Positions 60,995-64,000 of a stretch of DNA of 64,000 nucleotides are shown here, piece after piece (within the stretch, counting starts at the first letter, position 1; the number at the start of each line of letters is the position of its first letter). Both the position numbers and the translations under genes were made by a program. The DNA is taken from NCBI GenBank assembly GCA_964631685.1, contig CAZVZU010000002.1:160001-224000 (forward strand), written 5' to 3'. The notes beneath the pieces were generated by a model. The model saw nothing but the letters and a program-made list of their open reading frames with translations. It had not been told where the DNA came from and ran no database searches. This stretch comes from an uncultured Actinomycetes bacterium. GTDB lineage: Bacteria > SZUA-79 > Acidulodesulfobacterales > Acidulodesulfobacteraceae.

Positions 60995-62159
60995 CTGTTA
61001 GATAGCAAGCGGGATCCGGTGACCATAAATCACCATCCTTTGCCTCTGACCTAACCCTAAAGTTGCCGTTGCAGACATCAAGCCACCTGCACTCTACGCA
61101 TCTACCCTTTACATATGCCTTCTTATTTTTAAGTTGCTTCATGAGGGGCTCAGATGTATCCATCCATATCTTACTAAATTTATTTTCTTTAACATTTCCA
61201 AATGAATGATGTCTCCAAAACTGGTCGGCATAAACCTCGCCATCCCAACTAACACAACCTATTCCAACGCCGGAGCTATTACCTCCGTTCATCTTAAGAA
61301 GACTCATGACATTTTCCGCTTCTTCTCGTTTTCCTTCTTTTAACAGCTTTAAGTAAATATATGGACCGTCGGCATGGTTGTCAACAGTAAGGACCTCTTT
61401 GGCATTATCCCTAGAATATACCTCTTTGGTAAGTTCCAATATCATATCGATCGTTCGCCTTGTTTCTTCAAGAGATAAATCCTCCTTGATGAGTTTTGTC
61501 CCCCTACCTGCATAAACAAGATGATAAAAACAGACCCTGGGGATATTTTCATCTTCTAAAAGTTTAAATATGCCTGGAATTTCTTGAGCATTTCTCTTGT
61601 TTATAGTAAACCTCAAACCAACCTTAATCCCCGCATCTCTCGCATAATTAATGCCCTCCAGTGCATCTTTGAACGCACCTTTTTTACCCCTAAATTTATC
61701 ATGAACCGTTTCAAGCCCGTCCAAGCTTATACCCACATAGGATAAACCCACTTTTTTTAATTCTTTAGCCAATTCTCTGGTAATAAGAGTTCCATTAGTG
61801 GAGACAACAGCCCTCATCCCTTTTGATTTTGCATAAAAACACAAATCAAGAAAATGCGGGTGCATCAGCGGCTCTCCGCCGGAAAAAAGCATTACAGGCG
61901 CACCGAATACGGAAATATCATCGATAAAGGCTTTCCCTTCTTCAAGCGTAAGCTCATTATCATATTGAACATTTTTCGATTGAGAATAACAGTGTATGCA
62001 ACTTAAGTTGCACGTCCTTATCATGTTCCAGACTATTACCGGTTTTTTGTCCTTAGAAAATTGCAAAAGATGCGAAGGGAGCCTACTTGACGTACGCCCG
62101 TAACGGAGAGCATCTGAGGCGTGCACCCCTCCACAATACAGTTTGGATATTCCTATCAT
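60972..62159 (-). CDS. ahbC: 12,18-didecarboxysiroheme deacetylase (NirJ1-type)
   Basis: MIGISKLYCG..DALRYGR..LPSHLLQFSKDKKPV, CFYHLVYAGRG, LTVDNHADG, GGNSSG. Confidence 0.92.
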   Translation of the reverse strand: MIGISKLYCGGVHASDALRYGRTSSRLPSHLLQFSKDKKPVIVWNMIRTCNLSCIHCYSQSKNVQYDNELTLEEGKAFIDDISVFGAPVMLFSGGEPLMHPHFLDLCFYAKSKGMRAVVSTNGTLITRELAKELKKVGLSYVGISLDGLETVHDKFRGKKGAFKDALEGINYARDAGIKVGLRFTINKRNAQEIPGIFKLLEDENIPRVCFYHLVYAGRGTKLIKEDLSLEETRRTIDMILELTKEVYSRDNAKEVLTVDNHADGPYIYLKLLKEGKREEAENVMSLLKMNGGNSSGVGIGCVSWDGEVYADQFWRHHSFGNVKENKFSKIWMDTSEPLMKQLKNKKAYVKGRCVECRWLDVCNGNFRVRSEAKDGDLWSPDPACYLTDEEIYSG

Positions 62160-62189
62160 TATTACAAGAACCTCATTGAAATTTTATTT

Positions 62190-63839
62190 TTAATCCCTAT
62201 GTGTTTTATAAAAGATAACTATCTCGTCAACTAACGAAACTATACTGACCTCTTCTGGTATTATATCAGATTTAATGCCGAAGCCCAATGCATATTTAGC
62301 CGTTTTCTCTCCTATGCTCGCAAATTTAACGCCCGACTTGATAATTACCGTCAAGAAATCCTCTTGTATATCTTTAATCAAGTTAACAAAATTTTCTACC
62401 GTTGAGTAGCTAGTAAAACTTATAACCAAAGAAGATAAAGAAAAATCACCCGGAAGACCTATGTTTCTATGAACCTTTTTTATACTGCTTTCTTTTATAT
62501 TTATAAGAGAGCTAAAGATTTCATATAATTCTTCTCTGGATTTTTCAGGTACAATCGTTTCATAAACCGGTAAGTTCTCTAAAATCGCCCCTGAAGATGC
62601 AAGGAATGCGGGAAGCTCATTATTTATTTTCCAAGCTTGAGGAAAAAGAATTTTTTTACCGGTAAGCTTTATATTTTTCAAGCTATTTATTATACCGGAT
62701 TGAGAAAACTCGGATGGAATTATATCCGGAATTATGCCATACTTTTTCAGCTCTAGTGATGTATTTTTACCAACGGAAACTATTTTTTTACCGTAAAACC
62801 TTCTCGCGTCAAATCCCTTTGAAAAACAATCGTCAAGAAATCCTGAAACGCCGTTCACGCTCGTAAAAATAATATAATCGTAATCCTCAATATTTTGCAC
62901 TACATTATAAATCCTAGCTTTATCTATGTGTGCCCCATCTTTTATGACTTTTATAAGCGGAAGGCTTATCACGAAAGCACCGAGCCTTTTAAGTCTTTGA
63001 GAGAGTACTCCGGCCTGACCCTCTGACCTCGTGACTATTACTCTTAATCCCCTCAATGGCTGCTTCTCAAACCAATTCAATGTATCCTTTAATTTGACTA
63101 CGTTTCCTACTATAAGTATGAGCGGACTCTTTAAGCCAAGCCTCTCCGTTTCGTCTTTAATCGTTTTCAATGTCCCTATTGCCGTCTTTTGATTTGGTGT
63201 TGTCCCCTCTTGAATCACAGCGCACGGGGTTTCTTGATCTCTTCCTGAATGTATAATATTTTTAGTAATAGAACTTAGATTTTTATATCCCATTAAAACT
63301 ACTATAGTATCCGCACCGACTAATTTATCCCAGTTTATAGTGCTTTTTTCTTTATGTTCTCCTTCGTGACCGGTTACAATTGCAACCGTAGAAGCATAAT
63401 CCCTATGTGTCAAAGGGATACCCGCATATGCTGGTACGGCAAAGGATGAAGAAATACCAGGTATTATCTCAAATGGGATAGCATCTTCAAAAAGTCTTTC
63501 GGCCTCCTCGCCACCCCGCCCAAATAGATAAGGGTCACCACCCTTAAGCCTGACAACAATCTTATTTTCCACTGCCTTTTTTGACAGAAGCTCATTAATA
63601 GAATATTGCGGCAAACTGTGATTGGACGACCTTTTACCTACATAGATAACTTCACATCCATCTTTCGCAAAGGATAAAATTTCTTCCGAAATTAAACTGT
63701 CATATATAATAACATCCGCTTCCTGCAAAACATTCTTAGCCTTAAGGGTTAAAAGCTCCGGATCCCCCGGGCCGGCACCTACAAGATAAACCATTCCCAT
63801 ATTTAAATCACTACGGTATTCATCATTGTTTTTAATCAT
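62190..63839 (-). CDS. cobA/hemD: Fused uroporphyrinogen-III C-methyltransferase / uroporphyrinogen-III synthase
   Basis: VYLVGAGPGDPELLT, RLKGGDP..FGRGGEE; HemD half VTR, FTSVNGV, FTSYSTV. Confidence 0.92.
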   Translation of the reverse strand: MIKNNDEYRSDLNMGMVYLVGAGPGDPELLTLKAKNVLQEADVIIYDSLISEEILSFAKDGCEVIYVGKRSSNHSLPQYSINELLSKKAVENKIVVRLKGGDPYLFGRGGEEAERLFEDAIPFEIIPGISSSFAVPAYAGIPLTHRDYASTVAIVTGHEGEHKEKSTINWDKLVGADTIVVLMGYKNLSSITKNIIHSGRDQETPCAVIQEGTTPNQKTAIGTLKTIKDETERLGLKSPLILIVGNVVKLKDTLNWFEKQPLRGLRVIVTRSEGQAGVLSQRLKRLGAFVISLPLIKVIKDGAHIDKARIYNVVQNIEDYDYIIFTSVNGVSGFLDDCFSKGFDARRFYGKKIVSVGKNTSLELKKYGIIPDIIPSEFSQSGIINSLKNIKLTGKKILFPQAWKINNELPAFLASSGAILENLPVYETIVPEKSREELYEIFSSLINIKESSIKKVHRNIGLPGDFSLSSLVISFTSYSTVENFVNLIKDIQEDFLTVIIKSGVKFASIGEKTAKYALGFGIKSDIIPEEVSIVSLVDEIVIFYKTHRD

Positions 63840-63863
63840 CTATTTTTTTATTCCCCTCTTGTT

Positions 63864-64000
63864 TCATATATTATTTTTTTCCAATATCTTGAGCCCACCT
63901 TTATCGATTAAACTTAACGCCATAGTTTTTCCAACATTCTCATAATCAGTTTTTGCACCTGTGACCTCATCCTCTAGATATTCACCGTATATATTCGAGA
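63864..64000 (-). CDS. hemC: Hydroxymethylbilane synthase, C-terminal fragment (5' end outside the window)
   Basis: ...SNIYGEYLEDEVTGAKTDYENVGKTMALSLIDKGGLKILEKNNI*; resembles the HemC C-terminus and precedes cobA/hemD. Confidence 0.6.
   Translation of the reverse strand, partial: SNIYGEYLEDEVTGAKTDYENVGKTMALSLIDKGGLKILEKNNI

Overview
AT-rich bacterial chromosomal window, mostly minus-strand genes. The gene set (AhbC/AhbD heme pathway, fused CobA/HemD, lipid A genes, sigma54-driven nif genes with an ANTAR regulator) suggests a deltaproteobacterial-type organism, possibly an acidophile; this is inference only. Housekeeping genes include coaBC, leuS, lptE, lspA, gap-pgk, secG-tRNA-Leu(GAG), holA, rpsT, gmhB-lpxL-lpxK (frameshifted), coaD, rsmD, polA and hemC-cobA/hemD-ahbC-ahbD. 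Five accessory modules are present. (1) An orphan radical SAM/SPASM + PqqD pair. (2) A copper cassette between rsmD and coaD: a CxxC/IFHPP leader ORF, copZ and copA, with an exact 233-bp internal duplication. (3) A Mo-nitrogenase cluster (nifV divergent from nifH-nifB-methyltransferase-fdxB-nifDKENX-ANTAR regulator-nifI1-nifI2) with three sigma54 promoters and an ANTAR-type antitermination leader. (4) A fluoride-riboswitch-led operon for a Ni-less hydrogenase-4-like (Ehr) membrane complex followed by a dynamin-like GTPase; this is the strongest candidate for an undescribed system. (5) A cytochrome c + qNOR nitric oxide reductase unit with two mirror-image CRP/FNR-family boxes, next to a globin-coupled HD-GYP protein. 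All calls come from reading motifs by eye; no database search was run.
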